Positions 1-9,121 of a stretch of DNA of 64,000 nt are shown here, piece by piece. A program made the position numbers and the translations under genes. The notes under the pieces were generated by a model. The model ran no database searches. It was not told the DNA's origin and saw only the letters and a program-made list of their open reading frames with translations. Source of the DNA: Bdellovibrio sp. (GTDB lineage: Bacteria > Bdellovibrionota > Bdellovibrionia > Bdellovibrionales > Bdellovibrionaceae). Location of the stretch: positions 25,196-89,195 of the forward strand of contig JANPPC010000018.1 of NCBI GenBank assembly GCA_031428275.1. The letters are read 5' to 3'. Position 1 is the stretch's first letter. Each line of letters begins with the position of its first letter.

Positions 1-966
1 AGCCAAATTTTAGGTTTAACTGAGCGCTCATTAGTTTTTGAAGTTTTCGATTGTTTACTCAATCGCAAGTCGACCGAGATTGTGACTTGTTTAGAAAAAC
101 TAAGCCAATCTGGTCAGAACCCGAACTTGTTCTTAGAAGATTTATCAAAAATGCTTCGCCATAGCTTATTGCTAAAAGTAGATTCAACCGCGATCGGCAT
201 GATTGATCTACCCGAAGATGAAATCGCGTTATTAAATCAAAAAATTCAAAACGTTTCTGATTCTGATTTGCATATGCTGTTCGACATGATGATGAAGTCA
301 TTACAAGATTTGCACCGTGCTTCAGATGCTCAGATTGTTTTTGAAATTGCGTTACTGCGTATGAGCCAGGCTCCGCAAATTGCCGATTTAAAGTCTCTGT
401 TGGCAAATTCTGCCTCTGGTGAAGATAGGCCGGCTACGGCGCTCCCAAAGCGCGCTGAGGAGAAGCCGGTGGCGCAGGTCACTAACGCTGCTCCTCAGGT
501 GAAAAAAACTGAAGCTGCCGCCGCTAGGCCCAGTACTCAAACTGCTCCGGCTAAGGCAATCGACTTCGATGACGAACGCTGGTTGATCTTTGTTCAGAAT
601 CTTAAGGGCAGTGATGCATTTTTTGCTTCAAAAATTGAAAACTTAATGTTTATGGGCTGCAGAGATTTGAAAATTACTTTACGGCCGCCGATGAATTTGG
701 GATTTTTAGCTGATCAATTGCAAAATTCTGAAATGCGCCAAAAGTTACAAGGATTGATTGATTCAGAGTTCGGGCGGGGATACAATTTTGAAGTGCTTAA
801 AGGTCGCGCTGATGCTCAAGGTGAAAGTGCTCAAGCACTTGCTACCAAGAAGAAAGTTCAAGCCGAAGAAAAATTAGAAGAACAATGGAAACTTGATCCA
901 CGCGTACAAAAAGCGAAGCAAGTTTTTAAAGGCGAAGTCAAAATGACGAAGAAGGAGTCCGTATGA
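1..966 (+). CDS. dnaX: DNA polymerase III subunit gamma/tau, C-terminal part (5' end outside window)
   Basis: Frame is open from base 1. It has the FEIALLRM gamma/tau domain III-like motif, an Ala/Pro linker and a C-terminal domain, and lies directly upstream of ybaB-recR. Confidence 0.9.
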   Translation, partial: SQILGLTERSLVFEVFDCLLNRKSTEIVTCLEKLSQSGQNPNLFLEDLSKMLRHSLLLKVDSTAIGMIDLPEDEIALLNQKIQNVSDSDLHMLFDMMMKSLQDLHRASDAQIVFEIALLRMSQAPQIADLKSLLANSASGEDRPATALPKRAEEKPVAQVTNAAPQVKKTEAAAARPSTQTAPAKAIDFDDERWLIFVQNLKGSDAFFASKIENLMFMGCRDLKITLRPPMNLGFLADQLQNSEMRQKLQGLIDSEFGRGYNFEVLKGRADAQGESAQALATKKKVQAEEKLEEQWKLDPRVQKAKQVFKGEVKMTKKESV

Positions 967-1283
967 AGGGCATGATGGGCGGAATGGCTGGTTTGATGAA
1001 ACAAGCCAATCAAATGCAGATGAAAATGAAGAAAGCTCAAGAAGAATTAGCGTTACGTGAATTCTCTGGCACTTCAGGCGGAGGCGCTGTCACTGTAAAA
1101 GTAAACGGCGACAATAAAGTTTTAGCAATTACAATTACAGAAGATGTTATGAAATCAGGCGACGTTGAAATGTTACAAGATCTAGTAACGTCAGCGGTCA
1201 ATGATGCTTTAAAAGTTGCAAAAGATACTTCAAGCCAAGAGATGTCAAAGATCACTGGCGGATTAAGCATCCCGGGATTCTAG
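963..1283 (+). CDS. ybaB: YbaB/EbfC nucleoid-associated protein
   Basis: MKQANQMQ...SGGGAVTV...DVEMLQDLV signature; conserved dnaX-ybaB-recR order. Confidence 0.95.
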   Translation: MKGMMGGMAGLMKQANQMQMKMKKAQEELALREFSGTSGGGAVTVKVNGDNKVLAITITEDVMKSGDVEMLQDLVTSAVNDALKVAKDTSSQEMSKITGGLSIPGF

Positions 1284-1284
1284 T

Positions 1285-1899
1285 TTGTTACACATACCTG
1301 CCTTAGAAAAATTAGTTCACGAGTTAAGCCGCTTACCGGGTATTGGCCCGAAGACGGCTCAGCGCTTGGCTTATCATATTCTGAAATCGAAAGAATCTTT
1401 TTCGACTCAGCTTTCTGAGGCGATTCAACGTGTGCAATCTGAAGTTCATACTTGTACGTCTTGTTTTAATTATACTGATCGTGTCACTTGCCGTTACTGT
1501 GAAGATTCTTACCGCTCAAACGAATTGCTTTGCGTGATCGAAGAACCTTCTGACATCGAGCGTATCGAATCTTCGGGCGCCTTTCGCGGACGCTACCATG
1601 TGCTGCATGGTTCGATTTCGCCGCTTGAGGGCATTACCGCTAAAGATTTAAAAATTTCTGAACTGATGAATAAAATCGAAGAAGGCCTTAACGGAATTCG
1701 ACCGCAAATCAAAGAAATCATCTTTGCTTTCGACGCTGACCTTGAAGGTGATACAACTGCGCTTTATTTAACAAAGGTTCTACAAGGTAAAGAATTAAAA
1801 ATATCGCGCATAGCCCACGGTATTCCGATGGGCTCTGATATTGATTTTATCGATGACCGCACCATGGGTCGTGCTTTAGAGAATCGAGTTCAGCTTTAA
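1285..1899 (+). CDS. recR: Recombination mediator RecR
   Basis: LPGIGPKTAQRLA HhH, C4 zinc finger (CTSC...CRYC), TOPRIM-like region and RIAHGIPMG. Confidence 0.97.
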   Translation: MLHIPALEKLVHELSRLPGIGPKTAQRLAYHILKSKESFSTQLSEAIQRVQSEVHTCTSCFNYTDRVTCRYCEDSYRSNELLCVIEEPSDIERIESSGAFRGRYHVLHGSISPLEGITAKDLKISELMNKIEEGLNGIRPQIKEIIFAFDADLEGDTTALYLTKVLQGKELKISRIAHGIPMGSDIDFIDDRTMGRALENRVQL

Positions 1900-2492
1900 T
1901 GTCGTTCATCAATCACAACGCTAAAGAAATTCATTGTAAACTTGTGTACTACGGCCCTTCACTGGGCGGTAAGACCACAAATATTCAGTGGGTCTACCAG
2001 TCACTGGCTCAAGATCAAAAATCAAAGCTTGTGGCTTTAAACACCGAAATCGAAAGAACTTTGTTTTTCGACTTCTTACCACTTGAGGTGGGTGAAATTC
2101 GTGGCTTCAATACGCGCTTTCACTTATACACCGTTCCGGGCCAAGTTATTTATGATGCGTCTAGAAAACTGATCCTTAAAGGCTTAGACGGAGTCGTATT
2201 TGTCGTCGATTCACAAGTTGATCGTTTAGAAGAAAATATCGCTTCGATGAAAAACTTAGAAAAAAACCTAGAGCAACAGGGTTATAATATCCGCGAGATT
2301 CCGCTCGTGATTCAGTACAACAAGCGTGATTTACCAAACGCAATGCCGATTAGCGAATTACGCCGTCATTTAAATTTCTACAATGCGCCCGAAGTCGAAG
2401 CTTCCGCTTTCGAAGGCAAGGGTGTACTTGAAAGCTTCAAACTAGTCTCTAAAAACGTCATTCAGATCCTAAAGGGCGGAACGGCCGTTTAA
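1899..2492 (+). CDS. mglA: Ras-like small GTPase MglA
   Basis: MSFIN...YYGPSLGGKTTN, TLFFDFLP, TVPGQV, NKRD motifs; TAATG overlap with the recR stop. Confidence 0.95.
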   Translation: MSFINHNAKEIHCKLVYYGPSLGGKTTNIQWVYQSLAQDQKSKLVALNTEIERTLFFDFLPLEVGEIRGFNTRFHLYTVPGQVIYDASRKLILKGLDGVVFVVDSQVDRLEENIASMKNLEKNLEQQGYNIREIPLVIQYNKRDLPNAMPISELRRHLNFYNAPEVEASAFEGKGVLESFKLVSKNVIQILKGGTAV

Positions 2493-2508
2493 AGACAGAT
2501 GGGTTGTT

Positions 2509-3474
2509 ATGTCTTTTGATATTGTTGATTCGATTCAGAAATTAAAAAAAGAAAAAGACATCGCGATCTTGGCCCACTATTACGAAGACGGCGCCATTCA
2601 AGACTTAGCAGATTATGTCGGCGATAGTTTTTTCTTGGCAAAAATTGGTCAACAAATTCCGCATAAAAATATTTTACTAGCGGGAGTTGTTTTCATGGCC
2701 GAAAGCGTGAAGATTTTAAATCCTGAAAAAACAGTACTCGTCCCTGATTTGGGCGCCGGCTGTTCGCTCGTACAAGGCTCTCCTTACGATAAATATTTAC
2801 AATGGCGCAAAGATCATTCTGACGCACTTTGCATGACCTACATCAATTCGAGCGCTGAGGTGAAATCGATTTCTGATGTCATCATCACTTCTAGCAATGC
2901 CGCGCAAATTTTAGAAAAAATTCCGGCGGATCGTCGTATTCTTTTTGGACCCGATCAACATTTAGGCCGCTGGCTTAGCAAAAAATATAATCGCCCGATG
3001 ATTTTTTGGCCCGGCGCTTGTGAAGTTCATATTTTGTTCAACGCGAAACGTTTGTTTGCGCTGATTCAAGAAAATCCGGACGCCGTGGTGATCGCGCATC
3101 CCGAATGTGAAGACAGTGTGCTGCAATATGCACACGTCGTGGGTGCTACCTCTAGACTACTGCAAGAGGTTGAAAAAAATCCGGCGAAAAAATTTATTGT
3201 GGCCACTGAAACGGGTATTTTTCACCAAATGAAAAAGCTTCGCCCTGATGTTGAGCTGATTCAAGCCCCTGTCATGGATGAAAACTGCGCCTGTAACGAT
3301 TGCCCGTATATGAAAATGAACACGCTGCAAAAAATTGAAAACGCGATGAAGACATTTACTCCGGCCATTACTTTAGATGAAACTCTTCGCCTAAAAGCTA
3401 AAATTTCTTTAGACCGAATGATGGACATTACTTCAGGTAAACCAGTGACTTGGCCCGAAAGCTTTCACGGGTGA
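2509..3474 (+). CDS. nadA: Quinolinate synthase
   Basis: ILAHYY, GDSFFLA, AGCSL, GACEVH, AHPEC and CNDCPYMK (4Fe-4S cysteines). Confidence 0.95.
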   Translation: MSFDIVDSIQKLKKEKDIAILAHYYEDGAIQDLADYVGDSFFLAKIGQQIPHKNILLAGVVFMAESVKILNPEKTVLVPDLGAGCSLVQGSPYDKYLQWRKDHSDALCMTYINSSAEVKSISDVIITSSNAAQILEKIPADRRILFGPDQHLGRWLSKKYNRPMIFWPGACEVHILFNAKRLFALIQENPDAVVIAHPECEDSVLQYAHVVGATSRLLQEVEKNPAKKFIVATETGIFHQMKKLRPDVELIQAPVMDENCACNDCPYMKMNTLQKIENAMKTFTPAITLDETLRLKAKISLDRMMDITSGKPVTWPESFHG

Positions 3475-4046
3475 ATATCGACGCCAAGTTAAAACTTATG
3501 CATGGCCTTGTCGACCCTAGTCTACAAGTGATCGTCAGCGATAAATGGAAATCAACCGAGCGTGAATACCGCGCCCTGATTCGCCACCACCTTGGTGATC
3601 ATTTCGCGCCGCACTTTACGAAAGAACAATGGGCTCAGCTTTACGACCTGAATTCGATACCAACTTCACTGAAGGGTCATTTTTCGATTTCGCATAACCA
3701 GTCTATTGGTGGTTTTTCATATTCTGAAATGAAGCACGGTTTTGACGTCGAAGTGAAGAAGAGAATCTCGACCGCTATTCTTAAACGCACTTCGAATGAA
3801 ATTGAATATATGAATGCGCCCGTACCCGAGTTTTTATGGGTCGCAAAAGAGTCTGCCTTTAAAGCTTTATCGACGACTGGCAACACGCTGTTGCTACCCG
3901 ATTTAGTATGTCTAGACTGGCAGTCTCATTCCGAGAATCAAGTTTTTAGCTTTCGGATTAACTCGCAAAAAACTTTAGACTTTCGTCACAACCGGGGCTT
4001 TATTTTTTCTGAAAATGATATTCTGTTCAGTATTTTCTACCAATAA
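3450..4046 (+). CDS. 4'-phosphopantetheinyl transferase superfamily protein
   Basis: FSISH, GFDVE and WVAKESAFKA match the Sfp/EntD-type PPTase signatures. Confidence 0.75.
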   Translation: MARKLSRVNIDAKLKLMHGLVDPSLQVIVSDKWKSTEREYRALIRHHLGDHFAPHFTKEQWAQLYDLNSIPTSLKGHFSISHNQSIGGFSYSEMKHGFDVEVKKRISTAILKRTSNEIEYMNAPVPEFLWVAKESAFKALSTTGNTLLLPDLVCLDWQSHSENQVFSFRINSQKTLDFRHNRGFIFSENDILFSIFYQ

Positions 4047-4089
4047 GCACAAATTTTATATAAATCCTGAGTAAATTTAGATACTTATG

Positions 4090-4137
4090 ATTTTACTCAA
4101 TACGTTGAGTAATTTTACTCAACGTATTGAGTAAAAT
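4090..4137. promoter_or_regulatory. Perfect 23-bp inverted repeat made of two tandem TTACTCAA-N4-TTGAGTAA palindromes (putative operator pair)
   Basis: attttactcaatacgttgagtaa-tt-ttactcaacgtattgagtaaaat, read directly; 50 bp upstream of the AAA ATPase gene. Confidence 0.7.
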
Positions 4138-4186
4138 ATTTGAGCTTTAATGCGTGTTCGGATAAGCTTGTTGTCTAGAGGGTCAA

Positions 4187-5380
4187 ATGTCATATCATCG
4201 CGAACTCGAAAAGAAAATAGCCTACCAAATTGCCGGGCCTAGACAGTTTATTCAAGTTCTTCTGGGGCCTCGCCAAGTAGGTAAAACCACCATTGCAAAA
4301 GATATTTTTGATAAATTCACCGGACCTAAAATTTTTATTTCGGCCGATGACCCTGGATTAAGTGAATCACAGAATTTAGCTGAGTTTTGGAATATTCTTC
4401 GCGAAAGAATATCGTCTGAAAAAAAAGAGGGTCTTCTTATTATTGATGAAATTCATAAGTACAATCAATGGGAGAAAACCGTTAAAGCCTATTGGGATGA
4501 AGACTCAAGAAGAAAAACTAAACTAAAAGTTTTGGTCTTAGGATCAGCACCACTTCTGATACAAAAGGGCTTAACCGAAAGTTTAGCTGGCCGTTTTGAA
4601 GTCACTGAAGTTTCGCACTGGATGTACCCAGAAGTTCAGAAAGCTTTTAAAATCAATATTGATGAATACATATACTTTGGGGGCTACCCAGGATCATTGA
4701 ACCTGATTAAAGATGAAAATCGCTGGAAATCATACATAAAAAATTCTTTGATTGAAACGACGATTTCACGCGATATCATGCTTTTAACCCGAATTGATAA
4801 ACCAGCACTTTTGCGTCAGCTCTTCTTTTTATCTTGTGAGTACTCTGGCCAAATTCTTTCTTATCAGAAAATGGTCGGTCAATTACAAGATGCCGGTAAT
4901 ACAACAACTTTAGCTCATTATCTTGAACTGCTGTCTGCTGTGGGTTTTGTAAAAGGTCTTCAAAAGTTTACCGGTTCTAAAGTTTTAACTCGATCTAGCT
5001 CACCCAAATTACAGGTTTACAACACGGCACTACTTTCTGCCATTTCGAATGAAAATTTTGAAACGATTCGACAATCACCTGAAAAATGGGGTCGCTGGGT
5101 TGAAAGTGCAGTTGGTGCACATTTACTGAATAAATTAATGGGAACTGCTTACAAGCTAGAATATTGGAAAGAAGGCCCCTACGAGGTCGACTTCATACTT
5201 AGCTTGGGTAAAAAAGTTGTGGCTATCGAAGTTAAAAGTGGCAAAAAAAAAGAAAGCTTACCCGGTCTTGCTGAAGTTCGTAAAAAGCATAATATTCATC
5301 GAGCTTTAGTCATCGGGCCACAAGGAATACCTTTAGCTGATTTTTTTAAGATGAACTTGGAAGATTTTTTTAAAGTATAA
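4187..5380 (+). CDS. AAA_14 ATPase with DUF4143 / C-terminal PD-(D/E)xK-like domain
   Basis: Walker A GPRQVGKT, Walker B LIIDEIH, GGYPG and C-terminal EVDFIL...AIEVKSG. Confidence 0.85.
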   Translation: MSYHRELEKKIAYQIAGPRQFIQVLLGPRQVGKTTIAKDIFDKFTGPKIFISADDPGLSESQNLAEFWNILRERISSEKKEGLLIIDEIHKYNQWEKTVKAYWDEDSRRKTKLKVLVLGSAPLLIQKGLTESLAGRFEVTEVSHWMYPEVQKAFKINIDEYIYFGGYPGSLNLIKDENRWKSYIKNSLIETTISRDIMLLTRIDKPALLRQLFFLSCEYSGQILSYQKMVGQLQDAGNTTTLAHYLELLSAVGFVKGLQKFTGSKVLTRSSSPKLQVYNTALLSAISNENFETIRQSPEKWGRWVESAVGAHLLNKLMGTAYKLEYWKEGPYEVDFILSLGKKVVAIEVKSGKKKESLPGLAEVRKKHNIHRALVIGPQGIPLADFFKMNLEDFFKV

Positions 5381-5444
5381 CTTGTTTAAAGATGAGACGG
5401 TTTTAGTATTTCTATAGCTAAAATAAGAATTCAGAATTTTCATA

Positions 5445-5472
5445 TAAACTTTAGTCTAGTTCTGCCCGATGA
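5445..5472 (+). promoter_or_regulatory. Possible sigma28 (FliA)-type promoter
   Basis: TAAA-N15/16-(G)CCCGATGA, close to the TAAA-N15-GCCGATAA consensus, upstream of the 5508 gene. Confidence 0.3.
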
Positions 5473-5507
5473 GTTATCAAGAGTAATGATAAACGCCGGA
5501 GGAATTC

Positions 5508-5885
5508 ATGAAGGCACGCAAATTTAGAACCGCACCCCGTAAAGATGTACAACCGCTAACGCTAGATGGTTTTTCATCTTTAGAAAGTTTACAGAAACTA
5601 GCCAAATACGGTGAGGTCATCGAAGCTTCATCTTCTGGAATTCTGATTAAATTTAAACGCGACGACTTCGTCGACAAAAATTTAAGGGCCAACTTAACCA
5701 TCGATCACTTAGTTGGCCACAATGTCTTCTTTAATATTCACGAAATGGACTTAGAAATTTCAGGCGTGATCGCCCGCACAAAGTTTTTAGGTAAAACCGA
5801 AGGCTTCATCGTCGCGATCGACTACTCTGCAGACGCACCAGAATACTGGCGCGAATGCTTAATGGATTTATTGCCGACTACTTAG
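5508..5885 (+). CDS. Hypothetical protein (possible PilZ-like barrel)
   Basis: Clean ORF with an SD-like ggagga upstream; the beta-rich C-terminus suggests PilZ only weakly. Confidence 0.6.
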   Translation: MKARKFRTAPRKDVQPLTLDGFSSLESLQKLAKYGEVIEASSSGILIKFKRDDFVDKNLRANLTIDHLVGHNVFFNIHEMDLEISGVIARTKFLGKTEGFIVAIDYSADAPEYWRECLMDLLPTT

Positions 5886-7506
5886 CAACCTTTTCTTTCG
5901 TTTTACGAGTTGCAGGACCCTCTTGTTTAACGGGGTCTACCATTAGAAGAGAACAAGCTTTGTCGGCGGTTGTCGTTGATTTACCGGCGCCCGAAGAAGT
6001 GTCTGTTTCACATCCGCAATTTGCAACGGCAAGCTTACGAGCGCGCTCGGCAGACAAAATCGCTGAGTCAGCTTCATCAAAGGCCGTCACCACATCGAAA
6101 TCAACTCTCAATTTTAATTTTCTGATATCATCTTGTAATTTGGCTGCTTGAGCTCGCGAAATGTTTAATTTTTCTTCGGTCGAAGTTTGAAAATTAATAA
6201 CTTCTTCATTAAGCGCACTTAATTTATCTAGTTTTTCTTTTTCTTCGGCTGCTTTTTCATCAGTCATACCTTTTTTAACGGCTTCAATTGCGGTTAAATT
6301 ATTTTCTGCAGTCTTCTTTTCATCGTTGATACTTTGTTGCAACTCTTCGATACGACCATTGATCGTTTGAATATTTTGATTGCTGGCTAAATTAACATCG
6401 GCAATTTGTGAATTAGCTTTTTCAAAACAGGTTTTTTTAGCCATATTTAAAAGCTCGGTTAACTGAGCTGTGCCAGTCGCCTTACCTTTATACTGCTTTG
6501 CCAAAGCTTCTAGCTGCTGTTTTTCGGACGAACTATTTGAAGGGTCACCAATCTTAATATTTATAATACCTTGTTTTAAAGCTTCGAATTCTTGCTTACA
6601 TCGTGCTGTCACTTTTTCTGAAGTTAGGTCTAACATTGATTTTTGATAATTAAGACGTTCTTTTGCTAATGATTGCTGCTCTTTCGTGATGGCTGTTCCG
6701 TACTGACGTAGTTTTTTTGCTGTATCAACTGAAGACTTATTAATTTCAGCGGTTTGCTCGCGCTCTTTTGTGTCTTTCTTAAGAAGTTCTTTTTTATAGT
6801 CTGCTTCAATCTCGTTTGTTTTCTTCTTGATCTCGTCTAATTTTTCACGCTGTTTTTCTAAAAGCTTAGCCTGTTCGTCGCTTTCTTTTTTAATTTCTTT
6901 TTCTAATTCTTTGATTTCTTTATTTTTATCTTTTTTGGCTTCCTTACGTTCTTTTGCATCGGGCTCTTTTACGCAAGAAACCGCGCCAGATTGATCGCCC
7001 GATGCGGCCGTACCTAGTTTAGATTGAATACCGGTCATCGCGATTTGAAACATCAAATCAGTGCTAGATTTACCATCTGTCGAAACCGTTGAGCCAATTT
7101 TAGTGTCTTCCATCGCCTCAATTTTCTGACGGCAACTGGCAATATTTTCAGCGCAGCTATTCTTATTTCCTTTGGGGCTTTTTGTTTTTTCAAAGGCACC
7201 GCAGGCCATAGAACTTTTCGCAGAAAGTTCGTCGTATTTTGTCTTATTTGCTCTGCATTCCAATCTAGCATCTCTTGCGGCAGAAGACTCTTCTTCTAGT
7301 TGTTCTTTTTTATCTCGACATTTTTTTGCGTTATCGTACTCACTGCATATTGTATTCGAATCAACGTCCTCTGGAGCGATATTTTTTTTGCTGGAAGTGC
7401 TTGCCGCTGAACTATCAGCCTTCTTCGCATCCTGAGCTAAGCTCACCTGACCGACTACTAAAAAACTAACAAGTGTTAAAAGTTTGATGATTGAGAATGC
7501 ATTCAT
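5878..7506 (-). CDS. Secreted coiled-coil protein with Cys pairs
   Basis: Signal peptide from MNAFSIIKLL (likely start 7506), a long K/E-rich coiled coil, and several Cys at both ends. Confidence 0.75.
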   Translation of the reverse strand: MNAFSIIKLLTLVSFLVVGQVSLAQDAKKADSSAASTSSKKNIAPEDVDSNTICSEYDNAKKCRDKKEQLEEESSAARDARLECRANKTKYDELSAKSSMACGAFEKTKSPKGNKNSCAENIASCRQKIEAMEDTKIGSTVSTDGKSSTDLMFQIAMTGIQSKLGTAASGDQSGAVSCVKEPDAKERKEAKKDKNKEIKELEKEIKKESDEQAKLLEKQREKLDEIKKKTNEIEADYKKELLKKDTKEREQTAEINKSSVDTAKKLRQYGTAITKEQQSLAKERLNYQKSMLDLTSEKVTARCKQEFEALKQGIINIKIGDPSNSSSEKQQLEALAKQYKGKATGTAQLTELLNMAKKTCFEKANSQIADVNLASNQNIQTINGRIEELQQSINDEKKTAENNLTAIEAVKKGMTDEKAAEEKEKLDKLSALNEEVINFQTSTEEKLNISRAQAAKLQDDIRKLKLRVDFDVVTAFDEADSAILSAERARKLAVANCGCETDTSSGAGKSTTTADKACSLLMVDPVKQEGPATRKTKEKVAK

Positions 7507-7666
7507 ACGATTTCCCCCGATACTAAGTAAATAGAGCAATAAAAAGACCAAAATTGTCTGATTGCTATCCAAAGATTTTACGTCGTATTTTGAGACATGT
7601 CTGTATATGCGAATGACTTCTGGCCATTCGCTAGACGATAGACTGCATTGAAGAATAGTTAAAAGA

Positions 7667-8023
7667 CTATGCTACAGATGCTGGTGGGGGTACTGGGCGC
7701 TTGAATTTATTCGCTTGTTTAACAACTAAAAATAGAACAAATGCGACAATAACGAAGTCGATGATATTTTGCATGAAGTTTCCGTAAGTTAATACAGCAG
7801 CGCCTGCTTTTTTTGCTTCGTCGATATTTGGGTATGCCACTCCGTCAAGGGCGAAGAACTGACCAGCGACGTTGACCCCTTTAAGTGCCAAACCAACTAG
7901 CGGCATGATGATATCGTTTACAAGCGAATTCACGATCTTCCCGAAGGCAACAGCAATGATCACACCAATTGCTAAGTCTAAAACGTTACCCTGCGAAATA
8001 AATTTTTTGAATTCTTGAAACAT
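7667..8023 (-). CDS. mscL: Large-conductance mechanosensitive channel
   Basis: EFKKFISQGNVLDLAIGVII and YGNFMQNIIDFVIVAF. Confidence 0.95.
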   Translation of the reverse strand: MFQEFKKFISQGNVLDLAIGVIIAVAFGKIVNSLVNDIIMPLVGLALKGVNVAGQFFALDGVAYPNIDEAKKAGAAVLTYGNFMQNIIDFVIVAFVLFLVVKQANKFKRPVPPPASVA

Positions 8024-8148
8024 GCATTCTCCTGATTCAGTTATTCTAAGATGATTCTTTTGCTGTGCATTTCTGGCAAGGCAATCCTTTGGTCCTAATG
8101 CTATGCACTAATTATTGTGGTTTCTAGCCGTTAGCCTAACTTGTCTAG

Positions 8149-8397
8149 ATGAATTCAGTGGTGCCCGGAGAAAATTCAGATTTGTTCATTAATGGATCAC
8201 AGATTCATATACAGACTGAAGACTGGGGCCATGAACAAAAAGTTTTAATGTGCCGGGTATTTAAAAATGGCAGCGTCTTTAAAACATTCAAACTAGCTTA
8301 CGAGAAAATTGAAAAAGTTGAGCTTGAAGCCATTCGTAGAAATGCGCTGATTAAATTTCACCAGACGATAATCGATTGGTCATATCAACAAATTTAG
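8149..8397 (+). CDS. Small hypothetical protein
   Basis: Isolated ORF upstream of ftsE (HIQTEDWG); no function assigned. Confidence 0.6.
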   Translation: MNSVVPGENSDLFINGSQIHIQTEDWGHEQKVLMCRVFKNGSVFKTFKLAYEKIEKVELEAIRRNALIKFHQTIIDWSYQQI

Positions 8398-8455
8398 TTT
8401 CATTTGAGCGTAAATCTAGCCTACTGCTTTTGTAAAAATCTGCACAAAATAGGCT

Positions 8456-9121
8456 GTGATCGAGTTAAAACACATTTATAAAACCTACGGCGGCGATCGA
8501 CACTCTTTACGTGATCTGAGCTTTACTATTAAACAAGGCGAATTCGTATTTTTAGTCGGGCCCAGCGGTGCTGGCAAAACAACACTGTTTAAGCTTATAT
8601 CGGCTTACGAAAATTCAAGCTCAGGTGATTTGATCGTATCGGGGCACGACTTAAAAACTTTGCGTACCGGGCAAGTGCCCTTCTTTCGTCGTCAAATCGG
8701 TTTCGTTTTTCAGAACTATAAATTACTTAAGAATAAAAGCGTTTACGAAAATATTGAGCTTCCACTAGTTATAATGGGCGAAAAAGAAAATATTCGTAAA
8801 GAAAAAGTACTGGCAATCATTGATAAGGTCGGTTTACAAGACCACGCCGACCAATTTCCTGATTTTTTATCGGGCGGCGAACAGCAGCGAGTAGCGATAG
8901 CGCGCGCACTGGTTCATGAACCTAAGCTGATTATTGCTGATGAGCCGACCGGCAATTTAGACCCGGCATTAAGTGATTCGATCATGCGTCTATTTTATGA
9001 ATTTTCAAAAACCGGAACAACTTTCTTGGTCGCGACTCATGATCATCGTCTTCTACAAACTAGAAAAGCGCGCGTACTAAGCCTAGATAAAGGTGTTTTA
9101 ATCGAGGATCGTCCGGCATGA
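8456..9121 (+). CDS. ftsE: Cell division ATP-binding protein FtsE
   Basis: GPSGAGKT, LSGGEQQRVAIARA, ADEPTGNLD; followed by an ftsX-like gene. Confidence 0.92.
   Translation: MIELKHIYKTYGGDRHSLRDLSFTIKQGEFVFLVGPSGAGKTTLFKLISAYENSSSGDLIVSGHDLKTLRTGQVPFFRRQIGFVFQNYKLLKNKSVYENIELPLVIMGEKENIRKEKVLAIIDKVGLQDHADQFPDFLSGGEQQRVAIARALVHEPKLIIADEPTGNLDPALSDSIMRLFYEFSKTGTTFLVATHDHRLLQTRKARVLSLDKGVLIEDRPA

Noticed and set aside
3450-4046. PPTase as part of the tailoring island pathway
   Set aside because: It is 23 kb away, coupled to nadA, and there is no carrier protein in the island to link them.
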